Source: an uncultured Pseudomonadota bacterium
Lineage (GTDB): Bacteria > Myxococcota_A > Polyangia > Fen-1088
Direction of reading: 5' to 3'
Length of the DNA stretch: 64,000 bases
Assembly: GCA_963774325.1 (NCBI GenBank)
Contig: CAVZEF010000002.1
Span: forward strand, 108-64,107
The notes below the pieces were generated by a model. That model was given only the letters and a program-made list of their open reading frames with translations, had not been told where the DNA came from and did not search any database. Positions 10,586 through 21,548 of this stretch are shown piece after piece. The position numbers and the translations under genes were made by a program. Position 1 is the stretch's first letter; every line of letters begins with the position of its first letter.

Positions 10586-12192
10586 TCAATCGGGTATCGG
10601 CACGTTCGTCTGCACCTCGGGCATCGGATCGATCGCATCCGCGGGGAACGCGCGGACTTCCGGCGGGGTCCTCGGCTTGCGCCGTCGGGTCACGGGCGCG
10701 CGCGCGGCGCCGGCGGAATTGCGACGCAACGATCGCGCAGCCGGCTGGCCGACGGCGGGCGGGATTGCGACCGGAGCGCGGTGATTCGGGAAGCGCGGGC
10801 GCCGCGGGCGCCGGCGCAACCGTCCCAGCAAGCGCCGCGCGCCGGCTCAACCGTCGCGCGCAACCGCACGCGCGGCGCCGACGCCGACGCCGACGCCGAC
10901 GCGGCCACCGATTCCGCGGGCTCCGTCGGAGCTGCCGTCCGCCGCACGCCGCTCACGATCGCCGCCACGACCGCCACCAGCGCGACCCCCACCGCCACGA
11001 CCCGCGGCGCGCGCGACCGCAGCGCGCGACGCTCGTCGGCGTCAGCGTCGGCGTCGCGCCGGCGTCGCCTCCGCGTTAGCGTCGACCTCGCCCTCGACCT
11101 CGACCTCGCGGCCCGGCGGATACGTCGCCGTCCCCAGCCGCGCGCCGCCCGCCGCGGGCAGCAACATCGTGGCGGTGCCCGCGCGCACCGGCGCCTCGAG
11201 GTCGCCGCGCGCCTCGATACCACTCGCGCCAGCGCCGCCACCGTGACCGCCGGCGTCGCCGCCCGCCTCCTCGAACACCGGCGTCCAGATCGCGCGCACC
11301 GGCGGGCTCGCGTGCGGCAGCAACTCGGCGCCGAGCAAGCGCACCGACGCGAAGCGCGCCGCCGGATTCAAGCGCATCGCGCGATCGATCGCCGTCTCGA
11401 GCCGCGGCGGCAGATCCGGCCGCCACGAGCGCGCGGGCGGGTAGACGCCCTCGGCGACGCTCTTGAGCACGCCGTAGATGCTCGTGCCCTCGAACGCGCG
11501 GTGCCCGGTCACGCACTCGTACAGGATCGCGCCCAGCGCGTACTGATCGCCGCGCGCGTCGGCCTCGCGCGACCCGCCCAGCTGCTCGGGCGGCAGGTAG
11601 AACATCGTGCCGAACACCGCCGACGTCGCCGTGAGCGCGATGGCCGTCGGATCGCCGAGCACCTTCGAGATCCCGAAGTCGACGACCTTGGGACACGGGC
11701 CACCGAAGCTGCGTCCGCGCCAGGAAGATGTTCTCGGGCTTGAGGTCGCGGTGAATCACGCCCAGCTCGTGCGCCGCCGCGATCGCCGCGATCACCGGCA
11801 GCAGCACGTCGGCCGCCTCCGCCGAGCGGCAGCGCGCCCTGGCGCTCGATGAGCGACGACAGATCCTCGCCCTCCAGGTACTCCATCACCAGGTAGCTGG
11901 TCGGCCCCTCGGCCACGACGTCGGTCACGTCGACGACGTGCGGGTGGCGGATGCGCGACGCCGCCTGCCCCTCGCGCAGAAACCGCCCGCGCGCCTCCTG
12001 GCTGGCCGCCAGCGACGGCAGCAACGTCTTGATCGCGACCCGCTTCCCGAGATCGCGATGAACCGCCTCGTACACGCATCCCATCCCGCCGCGCCCGATG
12101 AGCCGCGTGATCTCGTAGCGGCCCAGGAACTTCCCGGGTGCCAGATCGTTCAACGAATCATCGGGATCGCGGTGTTCGAAAGTCGAAGTCAT
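10586..12192 (-). pseudogene. membrane-anchored Hanks-type Ser/Thr protein kinase next to the T6SS (PpkA-like position); at least 3 frame changes; 3' end uncertain
   Basis: Kinase motifs are GRGGMGCVYEA and VAIKTL (ORF 11509..12192), [11 protein letters not shown] (ORF 11076..11807), and VVDFGISK and [11 protein letters not shown] (ORF 11042..11662). The frame of ORF 10690..11241 adds a TM helix (VVAVGVALVAVVAAIVSGV). The true stop could be at 11042, 10690 or 10586. The gene is divergent from tssJ. Confidence 0.75.
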
Positions 12193-12320
12193 GGGCGGCC
12201 CTTTCGCAAGGAACTTCCGTCGGAACAGCGGCCGGCACGGCCGTCATAGAGGTTTCGTGCGTCCCTCTTTCGCAGTTGCGCGGTGCGACCGTTTGCTGGC
12301 AAGCTCCGCAGCGCGGCGAA

Positions 12321-12938
12321 ATGGGGCTAAAGTGCTTTGGATACGAGGGATTCTTTGGGGCGACGGTGTCGGCGGTCGCGCTTTTCGCGCTGGTTCCCGC
12401 GCTGGCAACCACGTTCGGCTGCTCGCACGACCCACCGCCGCCGCCCGCAGCGCCGCCCGCGCCCTGCCCCACCCCGGAGCCGCTGCACGTGAGCCTGCAG
12501 GCTTCGCAGCGCCTCAACCCGGGTGAGCACGGCGAGGCGCTGGCGACGGTGGTGCGGCTCTACCAGTTGAAGGGGACGGCGAAGATCGCCAACGCGTCGT
12601 TCGACGATCTGCTCGACCACGATCGCGACGCGCTGGGCGAGGACTTCCTGGCGGTGCAGGAGGTGACGATCAACCCGGGCGACCGGCTCGACCCGCCCAT
12701 CCCGCGCAACCCCGACACGACCGACGCTGGGCGCGGTGGCGCTGTTCCGGCAGCCGGCCGGCACGACCTGGCGCGCGATCGTCAAGCTGCTCGCCGCCCG
12801 ATCGCGCAGTACTGCCATCCGAGCGCCAAGGACAACAAGGACGGCAAGGACTCGAAAAATAGCGCGAAGAACGATGCGAAGCTGGTCGACAACGTCACGC
12901 GCATCTTCCTCGACGAGAACCGGCTCGAGCTTCGCTAG
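12321..12938 (+). pseudogene. tssJ: T6SS outer-membrane lipoprotein TssJ (VasD/SciN), two compensating frame changes
   Basis: ATG 12321 and lipobox LATTFGC. The TssJ-like core is LHVSLQASQRLNPGEHGEALATVVRLYQLKGTAKIANASFDDLL. The middle part reads correctly only in the frame of ORF 12736..13074 (ALFRQPAGTTWRAIVKL), between ~12725 and ~12790. Confidence 0.8.
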
Positions 12939-12958
12939 CAGAGACAGACGAGGACGCC

Positions 12959-14352
12959 ATGAAAGCACCGCAACGAGTGGTCTGGTCGGAAGGGATGCTG
13001 GTCTCGCCGCAGCACTTTCAGCAGCAGGACCTGTATCACGAGGCGCTTGCTCGACGAGCGGATCGCCGCGCTGACGCCGTACCGCTGGGGCGTGGCCGCG
13101 GTCGACGTCGATGCGGGCGCGCTCGGCTCCGATCAGCTGCGCATCACGCGCTTCGTCGGCATCCTGCCCGACGGCCTGTTACGCGGCGTTCGAGGGCGGC
13201 GATCCCGAGTGCCCCAAGGCGCGGCCGATCGGCGCGCACTTCGCGCCGACGCAGGCCGCGTGCGACGTCTACCTGTGCCTGCCCAAGGAGCGCGCCGGCG
13301 TGCCCAGCGTGTTCGCTCCGCAGGAGGCGCGGCGGCGCCGACGGCTCGACGATCGCGGCGCGCGCGCGCTTTCGCGCGTCGCCGCGCAAGGTCGCCGACC
13401 TGACCGGCAACGGCCAGGACCTGACCATCGCGTTCGCCCACCGCAACACGGTGGTGCTGTTCGGCGACGAGCCGCGCGACGACTTCGATGCGATCAAGAT
13501 CGCCGAGATCGTGCGCGACAGCACCGGCGCGCTGCTGGTCAACGAGGCGTACATCCCGCCCGCGTTGCGCATCGACGCGTCGGTCGTTCCTGATGGGCGG
13601 CGTGCGGCGCATGCTGGCGCTGATGGTCGCCAAGCAGCGCCAGCTGGCGGGCGACCGCCGCCAGCGCGACGGCGCGTCGATCGAGTTCAACTCCGCCGAC
13701 GTCACGCGCTTCCTGCAGCTCAGCACGGTCAACACGGCGATCCCGGTGCTCACCTACGCGGCGTCGAACGGCGAGATCAGCCCGACGCACCTCTACTTGT
13801 TGCTGGTCCAGGTCGCCGGCCAGCTCGCGACGTTCTCGCCCGACGTCGACCCCTCGAAGCTGCCGATCTTCCAGCACACCAACCTGCGCGCGACCTTCGA
13901 GGAGCTGTTCGCGCGCGTGACGTACCTGCTGCGCAACACCGTGCGCGAGACCTATCTCACGCGTGCCGCTCGACACGTCGGAGGGGATGCACGCCGGCCA
14001 CCTCGACGACGAGCGCTTCCTGCGCGCGCCGCACTACGTGCTGTCGGTCGCCTCGGACATCCCGACAGATCTGCTGGCGCAGCGGCTGCCGGGGTTGTGC
14101 AAGATCGCGTCGCGCACGCAGCTGCCGTCGATCATCCGCTCGTCGTCGACGCCGGGCGTGGCGATCCAGGTGACCCACCGGCCGCCGCAGGAGATCCCGA
14201 TCCGCGCCGGCATCACCTACTTCACGATGAACGCGTCCGGCGAGTACTGGCGGCAGATCTCCGAGGAGCGATCGATCGTCATCTACCTGCCGCCGCCGTA
14301 CGGGCCCGACAAGGTGAAGATCGAGCTCCTGGTCGTACCCCGGACGAGCTAG
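12959..14352 (+). pseudogene. tssK: T6SS baseplate protein TssK, five +1 frame changes
   Basis: The N-terminus is MKAPQRVVWSEGMLVSPQHFQQQDLYHE. LTPYRWGV, IAFAHRNTVVLFGDEP, FNSADVTRFLQLSTVNTAIPVL and ITYFTMNASGEYWRQI then read successively in the frames of ORFs 12959, 13047, 13111, 12959, 13488 and 13963. The span is 1394 nt, and 1394 minus 5 equals 3 x 463. Confidence 0.88.
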
Positions 14353-14396
14353 GCCGCCAACGACCCACCGAAAAGAAGGGGTAGGCAGGGAATCGC

Positions 14397-15068
14397 ATGG
14401 ACAACGTCAACCAGATCACCGCCGAGTGCTTCAACGCCATTCGCCAGCTGCGCGAGCTCGATGGGCCGATCCGCTCGCCCGAGACGATCCACGAGCGCCT
14501 GGGCGGCTTCATCGAGGCGATGCGCGAGCGCGCGCGCGAGCTGGGCATGGCCCAGCGCGACGCCGACGACGTCGCCTACGCCATCGTCGCGCTGGCCGAC
14601 GAGATCGCGATGGGCAAGACCGAGCCGCTGCGCGGCTACTGGATGAACCGGCTCTTGCAGCTGCAGTTCTTCAACGAGTCGCTGGCCGGCGAAGGCTTCT
14701 TCACGCGGCTGCAGCAGATCCGGCGCGACGGCCGGCGGCAGGACGTGCTGCGCGTCTACTACCAGTGCCTGCTCTTCGGCTTCCAGGGCAAGTACAGCAT
14801 CCGCGGCGGCGAGCTCGAGCTGATGAAGATGATCGACGCGCTCCGCCCCGAGGTCGAGCGCAACATCGAGGCGCCCGAGCAGCTGTCGCCGGCCGGCGAG
14901 CCGCCCGACGAGCCACAGGTGCGGCCCGGACAGCGGAACCTCTTCCTCTGGATCGCGCTCGGCGTGTTCGCCGTGGCCATCGCGGTCTTCATCGGCCTGC
15001 GCGTCAACCTGGACCGTCAGGTCTCCAATCTGTCCGACCGGGTCGAACAGCTGAACATGAGACGCTGA
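14397..15068 (+). CDS. tssL: T6SS membrane-complex protein TssL (DotU family)
   Basis: Intact 223-aa ORF. It has a DotU-like cytoplasmic domain (VAYAIVALADEIAM, LLQLQFF, VYYQCLLFGFQGKY) and one C-terminal TM helix (LFLWIALGVFAVAIAVFIGL). Confidence 0.88.
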   Translation: MDNVNQITAECFNAIRQLRELDGPIRSPETIHERLGGFIEAMRERARELGMAQRDADDVAYAIVALADEIAMGKTEPLRGYWMNRLLQLQFFNESLAGEGFFTRLQQIRRDGRRQDVLRVYYQCLLFGFQGKYSIRGGELELMKMIDALRPEVERNIEAPEQLSPAGEPPDEPQVRPGQRNLFLWIALGVFAVAIAVFIGLRVNLDRQVSNLSDRVEQLNMRR

Positions 15069-15078
15069 GGAAATCGCG

Positions 15079-18000
15079 ATGCTGAAGTATATCTTTGCCG
15101 CCGTTTTCATCGCGCTCGCCTGGGCGCTGGTCCTGGTCTTCCACGACATCGATCCCGATGTGGCCGGCGATCGTCGTCACCGTGGTCATCGTCCTCGCGC
15201 TGATCGCGCTGGCGATCTATCGCGTGCTGGCGGCGAAGAGCGCGGCGACCAAGATCGAGAAGGGTCTGCGCGATCAAGCGGCGCAACACAGCGAAGGCAT
15301 CCGCCCCGACATGGCGGCCGAGATCGCCGCCATGGAGTCCGAGTTCCAGAAGGGCGTGCAGGCGCTCAAGGGCTCGGCGGCCGGGCGCAGCGGGCGCGAC
15401 GCGCTGAGCGTGCTTGCCCTGGTACGTGATGATCGGCCCGTCGGCGTCGGGCAAGACCACGGCGATCCGCAGCTCGGGGCTGAAGATGCCGGCCGGCAAG
15501 GCGGGCAAGGTGCGCGGCGTCGGCGGCACGCGCAACTGCGACTGGTGGATGACCAACGAGGCGATCCTGCTCGACACCGCCGGGCGCTGGAGCACCGACG
15601 ACGACGACCGCGAGGAGTGGCTGGCGTTCCTCGATCTGCTCAAGAAGACGCGGCCCAAGAAGCCCATCAACGGCATCCTGCTGGCGATCAGCGCCACGGA
15701 TCTGCAGGGCAACGAGGAGCAGATCGGCGAGCTGGCGACGACGCTGCGCGAGCGCATCGACGAGGTGATCGCGCGCCTCGAGATGGTCGTGCCGGTCTAC
15801 CTCATCATCACCAAGTGCGACCTCGATCTCGGGCTTCGTCGAGACCTTCGGCGAGCTCAAGGATCGCGAGCGCGGCCAGATCCTCGGCTTCAGCCTGCCG
15901 CTCATCCGCCAGCACGACGACCACGTCGACGCGTTCGCGCAGCACTTCGACGATCTGACCGAGGTGCTCGAGCGCAACGCTCTGCTGCGCATGGGCGCAG
16001 GAGCGGCGCACCGACGCGCGCGAGTGGATCTACGCCTTCCCGCAGGAGTTCGATTCGCTGCGCCAGGGGCTGGTCGATCTGGTCGCGAACCTGTTCGACA
16101 AGAGCGTGTACCAGGACGCGCCGATCATGCGCGGCGTGTACTTCACGAGCGGCACGCAAGAGGGGCGGCCCGTCGACCGCGTCATGGCCAACATGGCCGC
16201 GGCGTTCGGCGTCACCCCGCGCGTCACCGGCGCGCCGCCGACCAAGCCCAAGAGCTACTTCGTGCGCGACGTCTTCCAGCGCGTGGTCTTCCCCGACCGC
16301 GACGTCGCCGTGCGCAGCGCAGCGCTGCTGAAGAAAGAGCGCATGGTGCGCTGGGTGACCGCGGGCGTGGCGCTGGCGCTCTCGGCGCTGCTGCTGGTGC
16401 TGCCGATCTCGTCGTACCTCGAGAACCAGCAGCTGGTCGACCGAGTCGCAAGGACTTCGTCGAGAAGCTGAACGCGGCGCGCGCGGCGCACAACGTCCCC
16501 GGTCCGTTCGCGACGGCGCCGATCGAGGCGGCCGAGCCGACGGCGACGCGGCTGGCCGACGTTCATGGCCAACGGGCCCGACGTCGCGCTGCGCTTCGGC
16601 CTTTACCCCGGCGAGCGCTTGATGGACCCGCTGCACCTCGCGGTCGAGCGGCTCGTGATCCGGCCGCTGCTCGACACCGACGGCGAGCTGCTGCTGGCGT
16701 ACGCGCGCGGGCAAGCGGTCGCCGACTCGGAGAGCGCGGTCCACGGCCTGATGTTCCACCTGCTGCTGACGCAGCCCAAGGCCGCCGACGAGCCGGCGCC
16801 CGAGAGCGATCACTGGCGCGACAAGACCGTCGACATCGCGGCCGAGCTGGCGAGCGACCGCTGGGGCGCGCTGGCCGGCGACGCGGCGACGACGCGCGGG
16901 CGCAAGGCGCTGGAGAGCGCGGTGCGCTTCTACCTGCTCGACATCGAGTCGACCGGCGATCTCGAGGAGCGCAAGCCGCTGGTGGTGTCGCGCGTGCGCT
17001 CGGCGCTGCTGGGCGCGACCGAGGGCGATCCGCTGGCGGACCTGCTGCGCGACCCGCAGATGCCGCGCGACGTGCGTCTGTTCGACATCGTCGCGGGCGC
17101 GGTCACGGTGTTTCAGTCGGGCGGCGATCGCAAGAGCGGACCGTTCGTCCCGGGCGCGTTCACGCCGGCCGGCTGGGAGATCGTCAAGGGGCGCATCCAG
17201 CGGCTCACCGCCGATCGCGAGCACGACGAGAACGCGTGGGTGCTGGCGGCGCCGCGCAAGCGCGAGGGGGCTGACGCCGATGCGCTGCGCGCGGCCTACT
17301 TCCGGCGCTACGTCGACGCGTGGAAGACGTTCCTGGTGTCGCTGTCGGTGAAGGAGCCGACCAACATCGAGGAGGTCCGGTCGCTGCTGAAGGCGTTCCT
17401 GACGGATCGGCCGCTGGATTCGATCTGGCGCAACGCCAGCAAGGATCTGATCTTCAAGGACGAGTCGCTGTTCCGAAGATCGGCGGCAAGGCCAAGGCGG
17501 GCATCGGCGGCAAGATCAAGAAGATGTTCGGCCAGGGCGCCGATGGCGAGGGCGGCGACGGCGACCAGGGTGCGCCGCAGGGCAAGGGCGGCAAGCAGAC
17601 CAGCGACGATCCGATGACCCCCGAGGACGTCGGCAAGGAGTTCGGGTCGTTCCTGAGCTTCGGCATGACCAAGCCGACCGGGCTCGAGACCTACGGGCAG
17701 ATCCTGGCCGAGCTGCAGGGCGCCGTCGGCGAGTCGGGCGCGCCCGACTCCGTGGCGTTCCAGACGACGGTCAAGGCGCAGCGGGTGAAGCTGCAGAACC
17801 TGATCAGCAGCTACAACGAGAACGGCTGGGAGGCCGGGCTGCTCGAGAAGATCCTGATGCCGCCGCTGCGGGGCGCGGAGGTCGCGGTCAACGGCGCGAC
17901 CGGCGATTCGGCGAACCGCAAGTGGTGCGACAGCATCGTGGTCGTCTACGACCAGCTGCTGCGGGGAAGTATCCGTTCGTGCGCTCCAAGGGCGCGCGCG

Positions 18001-18621
18001 ACGCGCACGTCGACGACGTGCAGAAGTTCTTCCAGCCCAAGACCGGAACGCTGTGGCAGTACTTCTCCGAGTCGCTGCAGGCCGACATCGATCACCCGGC
18101 GGGAACGACGGTGTTCCACGTCGCGCGACGGCGCGAGCGTCAAGTACAAGCCCGGGCTGACGGTGTTCCTCAAGCGCGCGCAGGAGATCACCGATCTGCT
18201 GTTCGCCAAGGATCCGGCGAAGCTGGGCTTGACCGCGCAGGTGCGCATCCGCCCGTCGGCGCCGTACAACAAGATCGTCTTCGAGAGCGGCGGCAAGAAG
18301 ATCACCTACTTCAACGCCAAGGAGCGCTGGGACGACGTCCCGTGGCCGGGGCGCGGCGCGCTCTTTCACTTCTACTATCCGAAGGGGGGCGAGGGCGACC
18401 TCGGCTACACCGACGGCGAGTGGGCGCTCTTGCACCTGCTCGAGGACGGCAAGCTCGCGACGTCGTCGGAGGGCGAGGAGTACCTGGCCGGATCGTGGAC
18501 GCCGCCGCTGGGCGACGGCGTGATTCACGCCGACGTCAGGCCGGCGGCGCTGCTGCGCGCGTTTCGCGGCGTCGAGATGCCTCGATCGGTCGTCAACGGC
18601 GCGGGAGGGTGCGGGCGATGA
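15079..18621 (+). pseudogene. tssM: T6SS membrane-complex protein TssM (IcmF family), about nine frame changes
   Basis: It has N-terminal TM helices, the P-loop MIGPSASGKTT, LLDTAGR, PINGILLAISATDL and an IcmF-like C-terminal region. The pieces lie successively in the frames of ORFs 15079, 15095, 15414, 15964, 16106, 15964, 16565, 17320, 17922 and 17320. The stop overlaps the tagF ATG (ATGA). Confidence 0.88.
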
Positions 18622-19571
18622 GCGCGGACATGGGCATGGGGACGACCGGGGGAATGGCGATCGGCGTTTATGGCAAGGTGCGAAGCCAGCCGGACTTCTT
18701 GCGCGCCAACGCGGGCGAGTTTTCGCAGGCGGGGCTCGATCGCTGGTTCCAGGACGCGATGGAGATCATCCGCACCGAGAAGACGGCGCTGCCGCCCGGC
18801 CCGACGGCGTTCGTGCTGACGCCGCCCGACTCGGGCTACGCATTCGTGGGCGCGTTCGTGCCGGGGACGGACGCGGCGGGGCGGCTGTTCCCGCTGTCGG
18901 TCTTCGCGACCTTGCCGGCGGTCGGGCTCTTCGAGGAGCTGCCGGCGATGCCGGCGGCCTACGAGCGCTTCATCCAGGCGGCGGGAGCGGTGGCGATGGC
19001 GGGGGCGGAGCTGAGCGGGCCGGATCTGGTGGCACACGCGCAGGCGCTGGGGCTGGACGCGCCGGCGCACCCGACGGAGGCGGACGCGCGGGCGGCGGTG
19101 GCGACGCTGGGGCAGGAGAACGCGCAGTCGCTCGCGGGGGCAATGGGAGCGTCGCGCGCGTCGCTGGGGTACGCGCTGCGGACGTTCGGCATGGCGTGCG
19201 ACCAGGCGGCGAAGACCGGTCCGGCGGGACAGGGCGGCGTCATCACGGTCGACGCGCCGGCGCCGAGTGGCGCGGCACGCACGCTGTGGCTCGAGCTGGC
19301 GCGACGCCGGCTCAAGTGGCGGGACAACTCGCCGTCGCTGCTCTGGACCGGCGGCGAGGCCTCGCGCCTGCTGATGACGCTCGGGCACCCGGCGCCGGCC
19401 GCGCTCGCCTACCTGGCGAACCCGCGCCACCGCGCGCCGCGCTTCTGGCCGCTGCGCACCGAGGTCGGCGCGGCGCTCGACGCCGCCCTCAAGGCGCTCA
19501 ATCCCGAGCAGCGCCGCCTGGTGGAAAACCCCGGTTCCACCCTGGCCGAGCTCCTGACCGCCTTCGGCTGA
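18618..19571 (+). CDS. tagF: T6SS-associated protein TagF (DUF2094)
   Basis: ATG 18618 lies within ORF 17922..19571. IGVYGKVRSQPDFLRANAGEF...LDRWFQ matches the TagF N-terminal GxxGKxxxxGDF signature. The 954 nt are intact. Confidence 0.8.
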   Translation: MSADMGMGTTGGMAIGVYGKVRSQPDFLRANAGEFSQAGLDRWFQDAMEIIRTEKTALPPGPTAFVLTPPDSGYAFVGAFVPGTDAAGRLFPLSVFATLPAVGLFEELPAMPAAYERFIQAAGAVAMAGAELSGPDLVAHAQALGLDAPAHPTEADARAAVATLGQENAQSLAGAMGASRASLGYALRTFGMACDQAAKTGPAGQGGVITVDAPAPSGAARTLWLELARRRLKWRDNSPSLLWTGGEASRLLMTLGHPAPAALAYLANPRHRAPRFWPLRTEVGAALDAALKALNPEQRRLVENPGSTLAELLTAFG

Positions 19572-19579
19572 TCGTCGCG

Positions 19580-20360
19580 ATGGAGGTGGTGATCCTTTCC
19601 TCGGCGGACGAGGTGGGAGCGACGGGAGCGCGACTGGTGGCCGGGCTGCTGGGGCGCAAGCCGGACGGCGGTTCTGGCGCTGCCGACGGGACGGACGCCG
19701 CAGCCGCTCTACGCCGAGCTGGTGCGGCTCCACCGCGAGGAGCGCCTCTCGTTCGCGCGCGCGACCACGTTCAACCTCGACGAATACGTCGGCCTGGCCG
19801 CGGACCACCCCGCGTCGTTCCGCCACTACATGGAGCAGGCTCTGTTCAACGAGGTCGATCTCTCGCCGCAGCGGATCCACGTGCCGGACGGGTTGGCGGC
19901 GGACATCCCCGCGACGTGCGCCGCCTACGAAGCCGCCATCGCCGCGGCCGGCGGGCTGGATCTGGCGCTGCTGGGACTGGGCGCCGACGGCCACATCGCG
20001 TTCAACGAACCAACCTCGTCACTGGGCTCGCGCACGCGTTTGAAGACGATCTCGGACGGGACGCGCGCCGCCAACCAATCGGCGTTTGGCGCCGAGCCGG
20101 TCCCCCCTCACGTCATCACCGTGGGAATCGCGACGATTCTCTCGGCGCGACGCTGCGTGCTGCTCGCCACCGGCGGGCGCAAGGCTGCCGCGCTCGCCAG
20201 GACCGTCGAGGGGCCGCTCACGGCGATGGTGCCGTCCTCGGCGCTGCAGCTTCACCCGCACGCGACCGTGCTGTGCGACGAAGCCGCCGCGTCGGCGCTC
20301 GCGCTCTCCGACTACTACCGCGCGGTCAGCGCCGCGAAACCCGCCTGGCAGCGGGAATAG
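19580..20360 (+). pseudogene. nagB: glucosamine-6-phosphate deaminase (NagB family), one frame change near 19665
   Basis: MEVVILSSADEVGATGARLVAG is in the frame of ORF 19196. FNLDEYVGL, LLGLGADGHIAFNEP and VITVGIATIL follow in ORF 19722..20360. The span is 781 nt (3n+1). The gene starts 8 nt after the tagF stop. Confidence 0.8.
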
Positions 20361-20362
20361 CC

Positions 20363-20794
20363 GTGGACATCCGACGCTTCGAGGACAGCGACGAGCCGGC
20401 AGTGATCCAGCTCTGGGATCGTTGCGGCCTGCTTCGGCCCTGGAATGATCCGCGCAAGGACATCGCCCGCAAGAGACGCGTGCAGCGAGAGCTGTTTCTC
20501 GTCGGAACGATCGACGGCGCGATCGTCGCGTCGGCGATGGCGGGATACGACGGCCACCGCGGCTGGATCAACTACCTGGCCGTCGACCCGACCCGGCGGC
20601 GGCAGGGCCTGGCGGTTGCGCTGATGAGCGAGCTCGAGCGCAAGCTCCGCGAGCTGGGCTGCGCCAAGATCAACTTGCAGATCCGCCGCGACAACCTCGA
20701 AGCCATCACGTTCTATCAGCGGATCGGCTTTTTCGAAGATGCGGTGCTCAGCTTTGGCAAGCGTCTGGAGCGCGACGACGACCCAAAGGAATGA
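20363..20794 (+). CDS. GNAT-family N-acetyltransferase
   Basis: GTG 20363 lies in the tail of ORF 19196..20794. VDIRRFEDSDEPAVIQLW...GWINYLAVDPTRRRQGLAVALMSELERKL...ITFYQRIGF is the typical acetyl-CoA-binding motif A (Q/RxxGxG/A). It starts 2 nt after the nagB stop. Confidence 0.75.
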   Translation: MDIRRFEDSDEPAVIQLWDRCGLLRPWNDPRKDIARKRRVQRELFLVGTIDGAIVASAMAGYDGHRGWINYLAVDPTRRRQGLAVALMSELERKLRELGCAKINLQIRRDNLEAITFYQRIGFFEDAVLSFGKRLERDDDPKE

Positions 20795-20812
20795 CGATAT
20801 AGTGAGGGTGTC

Positions 20813-21535
20813 ATGGCGCGGATGACAGTGGTGGTGTCGATCGGCGTGGGCCTCGCAAGCTTGGCCGGCGCGTGCGCGACGCCGGCGCTGGCGCCGGGCC
20901 CCCGGACGCAGGCGGTCACCATGCAGCAGGCGCCGCCGCCGCCCGAGGCGCCACCGGCGACCGCGCCCGTTCACCCCGCCGACCCGCCCGCGGTCCTGAC
21001 CGGCGAAGGAGAGCTCCACTGCACGATCGACGCGCGCACCAACGGCCACCAGCGGCTGGAGATCACGTCGGGCGGCGGCCTGGAATTCGACGCCGTGGTG
21101 AGCCCGATCGTCGACGGCACCGTGACCACGAACGGCCCCGACAAGGGCGGCGCGTATCGCTTCACGTCGCATCTCGCCGCACCGGCCAAGGGCAAGCTCC
21201 CGGGCGCGGGCGACGTCGAGATCGACGAGCTCGAGACCAAGGTCGCCGTCGAGATGAATCGTTACCAGCAGCCGGGCGGCCGCGGTACGAACCTGACGTT
21301 CACATCGGGGGACATGAGCCGTCGGGGGATCTACGTCGAATTCGCCGGTAAAGCGCACTCGTCCCGCGGTGAGCGCTACTCGTTCCGCGTGAACCTGGGC
21401 GCGCCCATCGAAGGCTCGGGCAAGGTGACCCCCGCCAACGACAACGCGATCGCGCCGATGGCCTCGAAGATGGTCTACATCCGCGCGCCGGTCAGCACCG
21501 TGCTGGTCACGACGTCTCTGCAACGCATTCCCTGA
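20813..21535 (+). CDS. hypothetical lipoprotein
   Basis: Intact 240-aa ORF with lipobox LASLAGAC, a Pro-rich linker and then a beta-rich domain. No family recognised. Confidence 0.45.
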   Translation: MARMTVVVSIGVGLASLAGACATPALAPGPRTQAVTMQQAPPPPEAPPATAPVHPADPPAVLTGEGELHCTIDARTNGHQRLEITSGGGLEFDAVVSPIVDGTVTTNGPDKGGAYRFTSHLAAPAKGKLPGAGDVEIDELETKVAVEMNRYQQPGGRGTNLTFTSGDMSRRGIYVEFAGKAHSSRGERYSFRVNLGAPIEGSGKVTPANDNAIAPMASKMVYIRAPVSTVLVTTSLQRIP

Positions 21536-21548
21536 GGCGACCGCCGAC

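Noticed and set aside
10877-10900. A (GCCGAC)x4 hexamer run, considered as an independent repeat element.
   Set aside because: It falls within the probable C-terminal, extracytoplasmic coding region of the kinase, where it encodes an Ala/Ser or Asp/Ala low-complexity stretch. It is recorded only as related to the 6686-6784 hexamer hairpin.
12297-12310. A sigma54-like TGGCA...GCA element upstream of tssJ.
   Set aside because: The GG-to-GC spacing is 9 nt rather than the 11 nt of the TGGCAC-N5-TTGC consensus, and the -12 element is not TTGC. No better sigma54 match was found upstream of tssA either.
12959-14352. Programmed ribosomal frameshifting or another recoding mechanism as the explanation for the frame changes.
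   Set aside because: There are far too many events (five in tssK alone, about 70 or more in the window). Where I inspected the sites (for example gcgcttgctc near 13045 and aacgaagcag in tssC) there were no slippery heptamers. Unrelated housekeeping-type genes are affected as well.
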